Shown: positions 25,120-38,839 of the stretch, in pieces
Layout of the letters: the number at the start of each line of letters is the position of its first letter
How positions within the stretch are numbered: the first letter of the stretch is position 1
Assembly (NCBI RefSeq): GCF_963921235.1
Contig: NC_086097.1
Location: 34,040,001 to 34,104,000, forward strand
Length of the DNA stretch: 64,000 bases
Reading direction: 5' to 3'
Source of the DNA: Mobula hypostoma
Taxonomy: Eukaryota
Translations under genes and position numbers: made by a program
Notes under the pieces: model-generated
Seen by the model: the letters and a program-made list of their open reading frames with translations, nothing else
Databases searched by the model: none
What the model was told of the DNA's origin: nothing

Positions 25120-26910
25120 AAGGTGATAAGATATAGGAGCAGAATTAGGCCATTTGGCCCATCGAGTCTGCACCACCATTTCATCATGGTTGATCCATTT
25201 CCCTCTCATCCCCAATCTCCTGCCTTCTCCCCGTATTCCTTCATGCCCTGACCAATCACGAATCTATCAACCTCTGCCTTAACTTGGCCTCCACAGCTGC
25301 CTGTGGCAAAGAATTCCACAGATTCATCACTCTCTGGCTAAAGAAATTCCTCCTCATCTTTGTTTTAAAAAGAACGCCCCTCTATTCTCAGGCTGGGTCT
25401 TCTGGTCTTAGACTTTCCCACCATAGAAAACATCCTCTCCACGTCCACTCTAACATGGCCTTTCACCATTTGATAGGTTTTAATGAGGTCACCCCATCAT
25501 TCTTCTGAATTCCAATGAATACAGGCCCCAAGCCATCAAACACTGCTCATACGACAAGCCATTCAATCCTGGAATCATTTTGTGAACCTCCTTTGAATCC
25601 CCTCCAGCTTCAGCATATCCTTTCTAAGAAAAGGGGCCCAAAACTGTTCACACCATTCCAAGCAAGGCCTCACCAGTCCTTTATAAAGTCTCAACATTGC
25701 ATCCTTGTTTTTATATTCTCGTCCTCCCTAAATGAATACTAACATCACATTTGCCTTCCTCACCACCACCTTAACCTGCAAATTAACCTTTAGGGGTCCT
25801 GCACAAGGACTACCAAATGCACTTGTGCCTCAGTTTTTAAAATTTTCTCTCCATTTAGAAAATAGTCTACCCTTTCACTTATTCTACCAAAGTGCATGAA
25901 AAACACTTCCCAACATTGTATTCCTCTGCCACTTCATTCTCCTAACCTGTCTGTCCTTCTGTAGCCTCTCTACCTGCTCAAAACTACCTGCTCCTCCACC
26001 AATCTTCATATCATCTGCAAATTTTGCAACAAAGTCATCAACTCCATCATTCAAATCAAATCGATCCCAACACAGACCCCCGTGGAACACCACTATTCAC
26101 TGGCAACCAACCAGAAAAGGTTCCCTTTATTCTCACTCTTTGCCTCCTGCCAATCAGTCACGGTTTTATCCATGCTAGAAGTTTTCCTGTAATACCATGG
26201 GCTCATAACTTGTTAAGCAGCCTCATGTGTGGCACCTTGTCAAAGACCTTCTGAAAATCCAAGTACACAACATCAAGCGATTCTCCTTTCTCTATCTTGA
26301 TTGTTATTTCTTCAAAGAATTCCAACAGATTTGTTGGGCAAAATTTTCCCTTGAGGAAACCATGCTGACTATGGCCTATTTTATCATGTGCTTCCAAGTA
26401 CCCGGACAGCTCATCCTTAATAATTGACTCCAACATCTTCCCAACCACAGAGGTCTGACTAACTGGCCTATAGTTTCCTTTCTTCTACCTCTCTCCCTTC
26501 TTGAAGAATGGGTTGACATTTGTAATTTTCCACTCGTCCAGAACCATACCAGAATCTAGTGATTCTTGAAAGATCATTGCTAATGCCTCCACAATCTCTT
26601 TAGCCACCTCCTGCAGAACCCTGGGGTGTAGACCATCTGGCCCAGGTGATTTATCCACCTTCAGACCTTTCAGTTTCTCAAGAATCTTCTTTCTAGTAAT
26701 GGTAACTTTACATACCCAGAACCCCTGACCCCTGGAACTTCCACCACACTGCTAGTGTCTTCCACAGTGAAGACTGATGCAAAATACTTATACAGTTCAT
26801 CCGCCATTTCCATTACTACCTCTCCAGCATTGTTTTCCAGCGGTCCGATAACCACTCTCACCTCTTTTTTACACTTTATCTATCTGATGAAACTTTTGGT
26901 ATCCTCTTTA
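25120..26910 (-). mobile_element. 5'-truncated CR1
   Basis: YFASVFTVED, SQHGFLKGKFCPTNLLEFFEE..YLDFQKVFDKVPH, AKFADDMKIGG; tail ataagatataggagcagaattaggcc. Confidence 0.9.
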
Positions 26911-27359
26911 ATATTAATATTATTAATATCCCAACCTAGGGATCACACCTTGCAGCCACTGTTCCATTTGAGTTGTGCAGGTGTGTAGTTGCGCCGTAAC
27001 TGAAATGCTCCCATGCACATAGCCTTCCTTGCCATTCAGCTGGAATTTTCTTTTCTATAATGTTTTATTAAAGTGCTGTGCAGTCTTCAGGCCATGAAAC
27101 AATTTCCAGCTCAGAGCAATGGTTGGTCTGCGCAGGTTTAACAAAAACACAGGGAACATTGCTTACTGCTCAGTAATACATGGTACAGAGGTTACAGATT
27201 GAGCCATTGGAAGAACATTTGTTTCTAAAATGACTTTAAGAATTTGCCTAATTTTAGAAAAAGCTTCCATTCATTAATCTATGACAGATACACAGTCGCT
27301 GTTCCTTCATTTTAAGATCATAGTGTTCCGAATTTGCTGACAAAGGAAACAACATTTGC

Positions 27360-27590
27360 AACTAGAACAGGAAAAGCTGGCAATATTTTGCAGGTCAGAC
27401 TGCACCTGAAGAGAATGAAACAGAGGGAATATTTCAGGTTGATAACCGTTCATTGGCAAAGCATTCTAAAGAAAGGAATCAAGCTGAAACTTTAAATATG
27501 CTTTGTCACAGATATTGCCTGACCTGCTGAGTTTTCCAGCAATTTTTTCAATCATTTCACATATTCAGCATTGCTGGTATTTTGTTGTTT
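27360..27590. mobile_element. Old inverted-repeat (hairpin) Penelope pLTR derivative
   Basis: gctggcaatattttgcaggtcag on the left and ctgacctgctgagttttccagc on the right are imperfect reverse complements. Confidence 0.55.
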
Positions 27591-27910
27591 GAAATATTTT
27601 TTTTTTACAAACAGTTCCAATTCCTTTGTTGAAAATTCACAACACAGTAGAATAATCACTAGACATCTGAAAGCTTTGAACACAGTTGTTAATCTGTGAA
27701 AATCTCTGGGTCTTAAATTCATACTATTACTTAAAAGATAAAAACACGACTGGAGCTGCTAAAATAAATGGTTTAAATAAATTTACAGTGATTAAAGCCA
27801 TTTTGTTGGTCAGTATTGTCTATTGGGAAAAAAAATCATATAAAACTTTACCACTGACAGTTTATATCTTGGCTGCGCTACTTTTGGCTGCATTATAACA
27901 GCTTGATAGG

Positions 27911-28922
27911 CATAAACACAGGAGATTGTGCAGATGCTAGAAATCCTGAGCAACACACACACAATGCTGGAGGAACTCAGCAGGTCAGGCAGCATCTAGG
28001 AGCCTCCATATTCAACATACCATTCTCCGCAACTTCCACTATCTTCAAAGGGACCCTACTATCAAACGTACCTATACCTCTCGCCTTCCCACTTTCTGTT
28101 TTCCACAAGAATCCTCCATGATTCCCTTGTCTGCTCATCCCTCCACCCTAATCTCCCTCCTGCTACTTATCACTGCAAGAGGCAGAAGTGCTATACCTGC
28201 CCATTCACCTCCTCCATCACCTCCATTCATTGCCCATCAGTCTTTCCAGGTGAGGTAACACTTCACTGCACATCTATGGAGTTCTCTACTGTATCTGGCA
28301 CTCCCCACGCTGCCTTCTCTACAACGTGAGACCCAATGTAAAATGGGCACGGGTTTGTCGAGCACCTTTGCTCCATCCTCAAAAAGCAAGCTTTTCCAGT
28401 GGTCATTCATTTCAGTTCCAATCCTCATTCCCATTCCGACATGTCAGTCCTGTTACACCATGATGAAGCCACTCTCAGGTTGGAGGAGCAACAGCTTATA
28501 TTACAGCTAGGAACCATTCAACCTGATGGCATAAACATCAACTTCTCCAACATCCAGTAAATTTTCCTCCTCCTCCTTCTGCATTTCCCCCTTACCTATT
28601 CTTCTCACCTGCTTATCACCTTCCCCAGTGCCACTCCTTTCTGTCTTCCTCCCATGGTCCACTCCACTCTCCTATCAGATTCCTGCTCCTTAGCCCTTTA
28701 CCTTTTCCACCTATCACCTCCCAGCTTCTTACTTCAAAGCCCGCCCCCAACCACCTGGCTTCACCTATCATCTTTGAGTTTGTACTCCTTCCCCTCCCCC
28801 CCCTTCTTATTCTAGTATCTTCCACCTTCCTTTCCATTCCTGATCAAAGGACTCAGCCAGAAACATTAACTGTTTATTCCCTTCCATAGATGAGTTCCTC
28901 CAGCATTTTGTGTGTGTTGCTT
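27911..28922 (+). mobile_element. Penelope-like element 3' part (GIY-YIG region + pLTR) with inverted pLTR at its left end
   Basis: Inverted pLTR at 27911-28000, then decayed ORF C-terminus (cagtctttccaggtgagg...actctcaggttggaggagcaacagcttata), a pyrimidine-rich UTR, and a degenerate hammerhead at about 28840-28870. Confidence 0.8.
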
Positions 28923-29039
28923 CATAGCCATCATGTTTTATCTTTCTTTCACTCACTGGATCAATACATTGCTGACAAGGCCAGCATATAATATCCATCC
29001 ATAATTACTCCTGGATGTTTGCGGTGTTCATATGGTAGT

Positions 29040-29585
29040 CATAGAACATAGAAATATTACAGGCCCTTCGGCCCACAATATTGTGCTGACCATGTAAGCG
29101 ACTGTAAAAACTGCCGAGTATTTCCCTACCGCACAGCCCTCTATTTTCCTAAGCTCCATGTACCTATCTCAAAGTCTCTTAAAATACCCTATTGTATCTG
29201 CCTCTACCATCATCACTAGCAGTGCATTCCATGCACCCACCACTCTCTGAGTGAAAAACTTACCCCTGACATCCCCTCTCTACCTACTTCCAAGCACCTT
29301 AAAACTATGCCCCCTCATGTTAGTCATTACAGCCCCGAGAAAAAGCCTCTGGTTATCCACATGATCAATGCCTCTCATCATCTTATACATCCCCATCACA
29401 TCACCTCTCATCCTCTGTTGCTCCAAGGAGAAAAGGCAAAGTTCCCTCAACCTAGTCTCATAAGGCACGCTCTCCAGTCCAGGCAACGTCCTTGTAAATC
29501 TCCTCTGCACCCTCTCTGTGGTATCTACAGTATAGTATCTATAGTATCCTGTAGTGAGGTGACCAGGACTGAACACAGTACTCCA
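29040..29585 (-). mobile_element. CR1 3' fragment
   Basis: ERVQRRFTRTLPGL...LEQQRMRGD; tail catagaacatagaaa. Confidence 0.85.
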
Positions 29586-30040
29586 AGCAATCCACACAAA
29601 ATGCTGGAGGAACTCAGCAGGCCAGGCAGCATCTATGGAAAAATGTACAGTCGACATTTCAGGACGAAACCCTTCAGCAGGACTGGAGAGAAAAGGCTGA
29701 GGAGCAGATTTGAAAGGTGGGGGGGAGGGGAGAGTGAAATGCAAGGCGATAGGTGAAACTTGGAGGGGGAGAGATGAAGCAAGGAGCTAGGAAGTTGATT
29801 GGTGAAGGAGATACAAGGCCATGGAAGATAGAAGAAAGGTGGGGGGGGGGATGGGGAGAGAAGCACTAGAGAGAGGCGATGGGTGGGCAAGGAGATAACA
29901 TGAGAGAGGGACAAGGGGTTGGGAAATGGTGAAGTGGGGGAGTGGAGGCATTACTGGAAGTTTGAGAAATCAATTTTTATGCCCTCAGGTTGGAAGCTAC
30001 CCAAATGGAATATAAGGTGCTGTTCCTCCAACTTAAGTAG
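29586..30040 (-). mobile_element. Penelope-like 3' end and pLTR
   Basis: Same family as 32557-34030; hammerhead variant cagtcCTGCTGAagggtttcgtcctGAAAtgTCgactg at 29648-29685. Confidence 0.8.
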
Positions 30041-30189
30041 TCCGTTGGTTTATGATAGACTTTGGAGGATAAGCTGTCTCTGGTGAAGCAGACGTTTTTA
30101 TGCCAGCCAGCTAGTTTCATGTCTACTATTATTGACACTGACCTTATAATCCAAATTTATTCAACACAAGAAGTAAATTCTCCATCTAC

Positions 30190-30345
30190 AGCACAAGCAA
30201 AATGCTGGAGGAACTCAGCAGGTCAAGTAGCATCTATGAAAGGGAATAAACATTCAAAATTTCCTCCTAATGAAGTGTCAGCCTGAAACATAAATATTTA
30301 TTCTACTCTGTAGATGCTGCCTGACCTGCTGAATTCCATCTGGAT
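30190..30345. mobile_element. Short hairpin Penelope pLTR derivative
   Basis: ggaactcagcaggtcaagtagcatcta and tagatgctgcctgacctgctgaattcc form an inverted pair. Confidence 0.7.
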
Positions 30346-30349
30346 CTGT

Positions 30350-30820
30350 GAATTGAATTGAATTGACTTTCTTTCTTACATCCTTCACATACATGAGGAG
30401 TAAAAATCTTTACGTTATGTCTCCAACTAAATGTGCAATGTGCAATCATAAAACTTATAATAATTTATAATAAATAGAACAGTCAATATAATACAGAGTA
30501 CACTTAAGTTTAGCGTGAAATCATCAGTCTGATGGCCTGGTGGAAGTAACTGTCCCAGAGCCTGTTGGTCCTGGCTTTTATGCTGCGGTACCACTTCCCA
30601 GATGGTAGCAGTTGGAATAGATTGTGGTTGGGGTGGCTCGGGTCCCCAACGATTCTACAGGCCCTTTTAACACACCTGTCCTTGTAACTGTCCTCTTCAC
30701 AACTACAGATGCGCTGGGCTGTCCGCACCACTCTCTGCAGAATCCTGAGATTAAGGGAAGTACAGTTCACCTACCAGACAGTGATGCAACCAGTCAGGAT
30801 GCTCTCATCATGCCCCTGTA
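30350..30820 (-). mobile_element. Rex1/Babar 3' fragment
   Basis: LQRVVRTAQRI...DPSHPNHNLFQLLPSGKWYRSIKARTNRL; (aattg)n tail at about 30350-30366. Confidence 0.85.
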
Positions 30821-30875
30821 GATTTCCAGCATTGCAGAATCTCTTGTGTTAATAACTTTCCACCTCTGTGGCGGC

Positions 30876-32060
30876 ATATGAACTCATCCAAACCAATTAA
30901 TAAGCTTCAAGACTTTGGCCTCAATAATTCATTGTGCAATTGGATCCTCGATATCCTCACTTGCAGACCCCAGTCAGTTCAGATCGGCGACAATATCTCT
31001 TCCACAGTCTCCATCGCACAGATGCACTACAAGGCTGTGTGCTTAGCTCCCTTCTCTACTTGTTTTACACTTATGGCTGTTTGGCTAAGCACAGCTCCAA
31101 TGCGATTTTCAAGTTTGCGGATGATACCATTATCATAAACTGAAACAAAAGTGGTGATGAATCAGCATATAGGAGGGAGATTGAAATTCTGGCTGTGTGG
31201 TACATTAACAACAACCTCTTACTCAATGTCAGCAAGAGCTGATAATTGTCTTCAGGAGGAGGGAAAAAGAGGTCCAAAAGCCAGTCCTCATCAGAGGATG
31301 AGAGGTGGAGAGGGTCAGTGACTTTAAATTCCTTGGTGTTATCATTTCAGAGGACCTGTCCTGGGCCCAGCATGTAAGTGCCATTACGAAGAAAGTATGG
31401 CAGCACCTCTATTTCCTTAGTAGTTTGCGAAGATTCAGTGTGACACTTAAACTTCTATAGATGTGTGGTGGACAATATATTGACTGGCTGCATTACAGCC
31501 TGGTATGGAAACACCAATGCCCTTGAATGGAAACTCCAACAAAACGTAGTAGATATAGCACAGTCCATCACAGATAAAGACCCCCCTCCCACTATTGAGC
31601 ACATCTACATGGAGCATTGTTGCAGGAAAGCAGCATCCAACATCAGGGACTCCCACCACTCAGCTCATGCTCTTGTCTCACCACTGCTATCAGGAAGAAG
31701 GCATAGGAGCCTCAGGATTCAGGAACAGTTATTAGCCCTCAACCATCAGGCTCTTGAACCAAAGGAAATAACTTCACTCAACTTCACTTGCCTCATCACT
31801 AAAATGTTCCCAAAACCTATGAATTCACTATCAAGGACTCCTCATCTTATGCTCTTGATATTTGTTGCTTGTTTATTTATTCCTATTATTTCTTTATTTT
31901 TGTACTTGCTCAGTTTGTTGTCTTTTGCACCCTGGTTGAATGCCCAGTTGGTGTCGCCTTTCATTGATTCTATTATGGTTATTATTCTATTGTGAATTTA
32001 TGGAGTATGCCTGCAAAAATGAATCTCAGGTTTGCATATGTGGCATATATGTACTTTGAT
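30876..32060 (+). mobile_element. Rex1/Babar 3' half
   Basis: [52 protein letters not shown] and the family 3' UTR. Confidence 0.88.
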
Positions 32061-32556
32061 CTTTCCCTCAATGATCCCTGTGGGTCTTGGTAGACTTATT
32101 GTGCCATGTGACATTAAATAGAACATAGAACAGTACAGGCCCTTCAACCTATAATGTTGTGCCTCCTCTCAGTCTAATCTAATCCTTCCCTCCCATATGG
32201 CTCTCCATTTTTCTTTCATCCATTTGCCTATCTAAGAGACTTTTAAATGTCCCTCATGGAAAAGCCTCTACCGCCAGCTCTTGCAGCACATTCCACACAG
32301 CCACCACTGTGTTAAAACAAAATCTAGCTCTGACATCACCTTCTGTGATTGTCTTGAATCACATTACAATTACGCCCATCTTTACTATTGCCCTGGATAG
32401 GGATGGAATGCAAAGAAAACTGATATTTAGTGTCTTTCTATTTTGTTTTTACAACTGTCTGACAAGAGAAAGTATGCAGTTATCATTTGTGGTAAGATCA
32501 TCATAATTTTCTTCAACTTAGTGGTCTATTAAAGTAGAACTACTGATCCTATCATA

Positions 32557-34030
32557 GACAAGAGAAAATCTGGAGATGCTGAAAATCCAAGCAACACACA
32601 CCAGATACTGGAGGAGCTCAGCAGGCCAGGTAGCATCTACGGAAAAGAATATAGTTGACGGTTCGGCCGAGACTCTTCAGCATGACTGGAGAAAAAAGAT
32701 GAGGGGTAGAATTAAAAGATGGGGGGAGGGGAGGGAGAAGTACAAGGTGATAGGTGATACCGGGAGGGGAGAGGGATGAAGTAAATATCTGGAAGTTGAT
32801 TGGCGAAAGAGATACAGAGCTGGAGAAGGGGGAGTCTAATAGGAGAGAACTGAAGGCTATGGAAGAAAGAGAAGTGGGGAGGAGCACTAGAGCTAGGCTT
32901 TTTAAAGAAAAGAGGTAAGGGGAGAGAGGGAAATGGGAATGAGGAATGGTGAGGGGGGGCATTACCGGAAGTTCGAGAAATCGATGTTCATGCCATTAGG
33001 TTGGAGGCTACCCAGACGGAATATAAGGTGTTGTTCCTCCAACCTAAGTGTGGTTTCATCATGACAGTGGAGGAGGCCATGGATAGACATAGCAGAATGG
33101 GAATGGAAAGTGGAATTAAGATGGGTGGCCACTGGGAGATCCTGCTTTTTCTGGCAGACAGAGCATAGGTGCTCAGAGAAGTGGTCTCCCAGTCTATGTC
33201 GAGTCTCACCGATATACAAATGACTGTACCAGCAATACCAGACACAATATATGACCTCAACAGATTCAGAGGTGAAGTGTCGCTTCACCTGAAAGGACTG
33301 TTCGGGGCCCTAAGTGGTAGTGAGGGAGGAGGTGTAGGGGCAGTGTTGATGGTAGAGGAAGGGAAGCCCCTTTCTTTGAAGAAAGAGGACATATCCTTTG
33401 TTCTGGAATGAAAAGCCTAATCCTGAGAGCAGATGCGGTGGAGACGGAGGAATTGAGAGAAGGGGGATGGCATTTTTTCAAGTAACGGGGGAAGAGGTAC
33501 AGTCCAGGTAGCTGTGAGAGTCCGTGGGTTTTTAATAGACATCAGCAGATAAGCTGTCTCCAGAGACAGAAACAGAGAGATTGAGAAAGGGGAGGAGGGT
33601 GTCGGAAATGGACCGGGTAAATTTGAGGGTAGGGTGGATGTTGGAAGCAAAGTGGATGAAGTCATGGGTGCAGGAAGCAGCAGCAATACAGTCATTGATG
33701 TAGCATAGGGGAAGTGCAGGATGGCCTCCAGGGTAGGCTAGGAACATAGACCGTGCCACGTAGTTGCCAAATAGGCAGGTATTGCTGGCACCCATATCAG
33801 TGCCCATGGCTCCACCTTTTGTTTGAAGGAAGTGGGAGTAGCCAAAGGAGAAATTATTAAGCGTGAGGACAAGTTCTGCTAGGTGGAGCAGAGTGGAGGT
33901 GGAGTGGTTGGATCTGGTGTCCAGAAAGAAACAAAGAGCTTTGAGTCCTTCCTGGTGGGTGTTGGAAGTGTATAGAGATTGGACATCCATAGTAAAAATG
34001 AGATGATGGGGGCCAGAAAACTTGAAATCA
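32557..34030 (-). mobile_element. Penelope-like element: RT + GIY-YIG endonuclease + pLTR (decayed)
   Basis: MDVQSLYTS...LAELVLTLNNFSFG..QTKGGAMGT...YIND (33532-33990). GIY-YIG region VIYC...LYIGETRHRLGDHFSEHL...LEEQHLIFRLGSLQPNGMN (32962-33288). pLTR at about 32557-32700. Confidence 0.92.
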
Positions 34031-34112
34031 TGTACAGTATCTGAAATACATCTTATGGGAAAATTTGTCTGATGATGAACTTCAATAAAAAAAAAATTAC
34101 AAAAAAAAGAAA
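34031..34112 (+). mobile_element. Poly(A)-tailed retroelement extreme 3' end (possibly L1/Tx1-like)
   Basis: Short block ending aataaa followed by an A-rich tail. Confidence 0.4.
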
Positions 34113-35169
34113 AGATTATTTCAATTGACTGATCCTATTGAGTTTAACAAAATTTCTTCAGATTTTCAGACATGACCATAACTTTAATGTAATTACAGAA
34201 GGAACTCAGAATATAATCTGGGGGAAAATATATCAAGTATGTTCTTTTGTTTCCATTCTGCCCAGAAACACCATTGGAATGAAATCAAGCGTTCACTGAA
34301 GTGCATGATACTCTTTTTGTATTTCAGAATCGATCACAGAGAAAGCTCTGAAATTGAGCAGAATATTGCAGTGATAGTTCTAATTGATGATTATTCAAAC
34401 AGCAAGTCAGCTGGATCAACAGACAAAAAAGGAGTTTAATTTATGAGGCAAACCTAATATTTTCGTTGTACTCATCACATTCTGCAACGGACAAAAATAG
34501 GCCAATGAATCCTACAGGGAGACCGCAGACTGCTAGTTCTACTTACAAGCATGAACAGCAATAATTTGGATTAGAACCACTTCTCATGCAATAACCGCCA
34601 TTTATTTATCAGTGAAAACAATAAAGGTAAGCGTTTTCTACTGCTACAACACTTTTTTTCAGTGCTCTCTGTTGTCTTGTAACTGACTCAGGGATATCGA
34701 ACTTCTCAACATTTAAAATGAAGAAAATAAGAACTGAATTACTTTGATCAGAAAAGATAAACAAGCAATCAGAAGGCATTGTGAGTAGGGTCCAGAAAGA
34801 ATCAAAAGCATGCAGGCACAGCACTTTGAGAGATGATATGTAAAGTCAAAATTAACTGAAAAATGTAGATTTAAATTTTCCAGAAGGGATCATAATGGCA
34901 CTTCACACAACAAAGCTGGGGTTTTCGGAGTAAAATTTTATGTTATTGTCAGTGTTACATAGCGCATGTCTGATTTTCTGATAACTGAACAGATTTTTTT
35001 CTGATTTATTGAGAAGAAAAGCTATGAAAGAATCAATCATTTTTCACTTGTCATCCAAATTTTTTCTCCCCAATTCAAGTAGGAGCTCAGTTTTGAAAGG
35101 TACCATTGAACCTATTTCCTCCTGTAATAAACTAGATTAGATAAAGCACCTAAAGATAAAGGACCCCAA

Positions 35170-36230
35170 AGGAGTCAGTGGTCAAAAATTCACCCTGCAG
35201 TTTGAGAGAGAGAAGATAAAGTTAGATGTATCAATATTACAGTGGAGTAAAGGGAATTACAGAGGCATGAGAGGGGAGCTGGCCAAAGTTAATTGGAAGG
35301 AGATACAGTACTAGCAGCGATGACGGAGGCAGGAGTTTCTGGGAGCAATTCAGAAAGCGCAGGATAGGTATATCCTAAAGATGAAGAAGTATTCCAAAGA
35401 AGGACGAATCAACCCTGGCTGACAAGGAAGTCAAAGACAGCATAAAAGAAAAAGAGAGAGCATATAATACTGTAGAAGTTAGAGAATTGGGAAGCTTTTA
35501 AAAGCCAACAGAAGGCAATGGAAAACCATAAAGAGAAAAAATGAAATTCGAAGATAAGCTAGTCAATAGTACAACAGAGGATACCAAAAGTTATTTCAGA
35601 TACTTAAAGAATAACAGCCGTAAGAATGGATATCTATCGACCGCTGGAAAATGAAGCTAGAGAGGTAGTAATAGAGGACTAAGAAATGGTGGACATACTT
35701 AATAAATATTTTGGGTCAGTCATCATTGTGGAAGACACTAATAGTATGCCAGAAATTCGAGAGTGCCGGGGACAGAAGTGCATGTTGTTGCTATTACCAT
35801 GGAGAAGGGGCTTGGGAAGCTGAAAACCCTGAAGGGAGAGAAGTCACCTGGACCAGATGGAAAATATATGTAACCCAAGGTTCTGAAAGTGGTAGCTGAA
35901 CAGAGGGTGGAGACGTAAGTAATGATCTTTCAAGAATCACTAGGTTCTGGCATGGTTCCAGAGGATAGGAAAATTACAAATGTCACTCCACTCTTTAAGA
36001 ACAGAGGAAGGCAAAAGAACGGAAATTATTGGCTACTTAACCAGACTTCAGTGGTTGGGAAGATTTTGGACTCTATTATTAAGGATGAGGTTTCCAGGTA
36101 CTTGGAGACAGATGATAAAATAGACCAAAGTCAGCATGGTTTCTTTAACGGAAATTCTTGCCATACAAATGTGTTGGAATTCTTCGAGGAAATCACAGAC
36201 AGGATAGACAAAGGACAGTTAGTGGACGTT
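35170..36230 (+). mobile_element. CR1 ORF2 internal fragment
   Basis: MIFQESLGSGMVPED..NVTPLFK...QSQHGF...LEFFEEITDRIDKGQLVDV. Confidence 0.85.
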
Positions 36231-37132
36231 TCCTTACCTTCTACCATCATCAAGTCTGCAAATGATACAACAGTGTTGGTCTCATTGGCAAAAATGATGC
36301 ATTGGCATACAGAAATAAGATAGAGAGGCTTGTCAAACTTTGTAAAAACAACAACCTGAGTTTCAATGTGGACAAGGCAAAAGAGATGGTTGTGATCTTC
36401 AGGAAGATGCAGGTCAGCCACTTTGGACTGCACATCAATGGCGCTACCATGGAGAGAGTGAAGACCACATAGTCTTTTGGTATGCTCATAATGGATGATC
36501 TTACCTGGACCCACAACACCTCCTCATTAGTTAAGAAGGCACAGCAGCATCTGCACCTTCTGAGGAGATTAAGGCATGCAAGGCTCCCAGCACCATTCTG
36601 GTAACTTTCTACAGGAGCACCATCATGATTGTCCTGTCTGGCTGCATCATTGTATTGTATGGATGCTGCAAGGCATTGGCCTGCATGATCCTACAGCGGT
36701 TAGTAAAAACTGCAAGAGACGACCAACGCGGTCTCCATCCTGCCATTTGTGACTTTTATCGGGAGTGTTGTAGAAGAAAGGCCTAAGCATTGTTGAGGAT
36801 CCCTGCCACTCATCCCACAATCTCTTTGACCCCCTACCATCAGGAAAGAGGTGCATGAGCACCAAGACTAGGACTGGCAGACTGGGTAATAGCTTCTTTC
36901 CACAGGCTGTGAAAGAAATGAATATCCTGCCACCATTGATTCTTGCCACTCTATCAACGAGCTGTTTACTGTTTATTGCATACATTTTGAATGATATTTT
37001 ATTAGGTTATTTGTGGTAATATTTAATTTTATGTGCTTTTTTTTGAATGTTTTGTGGGTGCACGGTGGTTCAGAGGAACATTGTTTCATCTTGTTGTATA
37101 TATGTACAGTCAGATGACAGTAAACTTGAACT
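36231..37132 (+). mobile_element. Rex1/Babar 3' fragment
   Basis: TIIKSANDTTV, gatccctgccactcatcccac..ctaccatcaggaaagagg, tail aaacttgaacttg. Confidence 0.8.
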
Positions 37133-37526
37133 TGCTGACAGTGAGTTTAGTGCTATTGACCTGAAATGCATTTCCAGACAGTTATCTGCTCATTACCACA
37201 CTGGTGTTTGCAAGAAGTTGATGTTTAACAACTGGGGTTATCTGAGGACTTGGTGTGGCTAGTAGCACACCTGCTCAGGTTAACAAATGACACTTAGATG
37301 TTCACCTGAGTCAGTAGGTTGTGGGATTCAAAATCCACAGAACTCTGAGCACATAAGCTTATTGTGATGGAAGAATTATCAAATTTTAATTAAACAGATA
37401 ATCCAGTTGTGAATATTCTGTGAAAATATTCAGGGCATTCAAAGCATCAGGTATTGAAGCAGGTGTAAGATGTCATCCTTTAGGAAACAGAGCACAGGAA
37501 CTATCAGTTCATTTTTTCACCTTAAT

Positions 37527-38198
37527 TAGATTAGATCAGATTAGATTATGAGGACACGCAGTCCTCTTTTATTGTCATTCAGTAATGCATGCATTAAGAA
37601 GTGATACAATGTTCCTCCAGTGTGATATCACAGAAACACAAGACAGACCAAAACTGAAAAACTGACAAAAACCACATAAGTATAACATATAGTTACAACA
37701 GTGCAAGGAATACCATAATTTGATGAAGAACAGACCATGGGCATGGTAAAAAAAAGTCTCAAAGTCTCTCGAAAGTCCCATCATCTCACGCAGACGGGAG
37801 AAGGAAGAAAACTCTCCTTGCCATGAGCTTCCAGCGCCGCAAACTTGCCGATGCAGCATCCTGGAAGCTCCCGACCACAGTCCAAAAACCTCAAGCCTCC
37901 GACCAGCCCTCTGACACCGAGCACCGAGCACCTTCTCTGCCGAGCGCTTCGACCCCAACCCCGGCCGCCAGCAACAGGCAAAGCCGAGGATTCGCGGTCT
38001 TCCCTCCGGAGATTCTCGATCGCACAGTAGCAGCAGCAGTGAAGCGGGCATTTCAGAAGTTTCTTCAGATGTTCCTCCGTGCTTCTCAAGTCTGTCTCCA
38101 TCAAATCAGAATTGTGCAAGGCATCCTACTTACATATACGATATCATTCACCGGAGAGGCCGCGCGCGCTGCGTCGTGCTGCCATCTTCTCCTCCCTC
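37527..38198 (-). mobile_element. CpG-rich non-autonomous retroelement with Rex1-like tail and (aatct)n end
   Basis: Minus strand starts ggaggagaagatggcagcacgacgcagcgcgcgcgg and ends gacaataaaagagg...ataatctaatctgatctaatctaat. No credible ORF. Confidence 0.65.
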
Positions 38199-38839
38199 CA
38201 CATACTTTAATGGAAAAGTATATATTTCCTTCACTCCATATATCCATAAAGTAATAAATGCAATGGCCCCTTTGTATATGTTATGGACAGCCGCTTTTCC
38301 CCACTGGATTCTCCTTAAATCGTATTTTCGTTATTAACTATAAAACTGCTTCCAACTGCAATTTTTTTTCCAAAGTGTTCAATCCAGAATTATTCATTAA
38401 CCTTTAACATTAATTGACCAAAATAAAAGTGCAACTCCCAGTTTGTATTTAACTAATGCCAAAATTACTAAAACCATTGGAGATGTTGGATCTGCAATTG
38501 TTTGAAATACTGATTGCAGCTGGAACTCATGCATGCTTCATTAAACTAGTACAGAGAAAGCCATGTCCCCAGACTCTGGACCCCATTTAGCCGCTAACAT
38601 TCTGAGAGGAATCTAAAGTACTCCAGCTGCAACTTGATTGAATTCCAAACTAACCAACATCCATTAAACAAAAGGCTTTATAAACTGTTACAAATATTTG
38701 GTGGTTAAAGAAATATTAACAAAGAAAATTAAAGAAATTGGTTTGGATTAAACTGATCAATGAGAAAATAAATGATTTGGTGCTCTAGACAAATATGTTA
38801 GGCACTTAAATAATTTTACTCCCAGTAATGTGCGTGATA

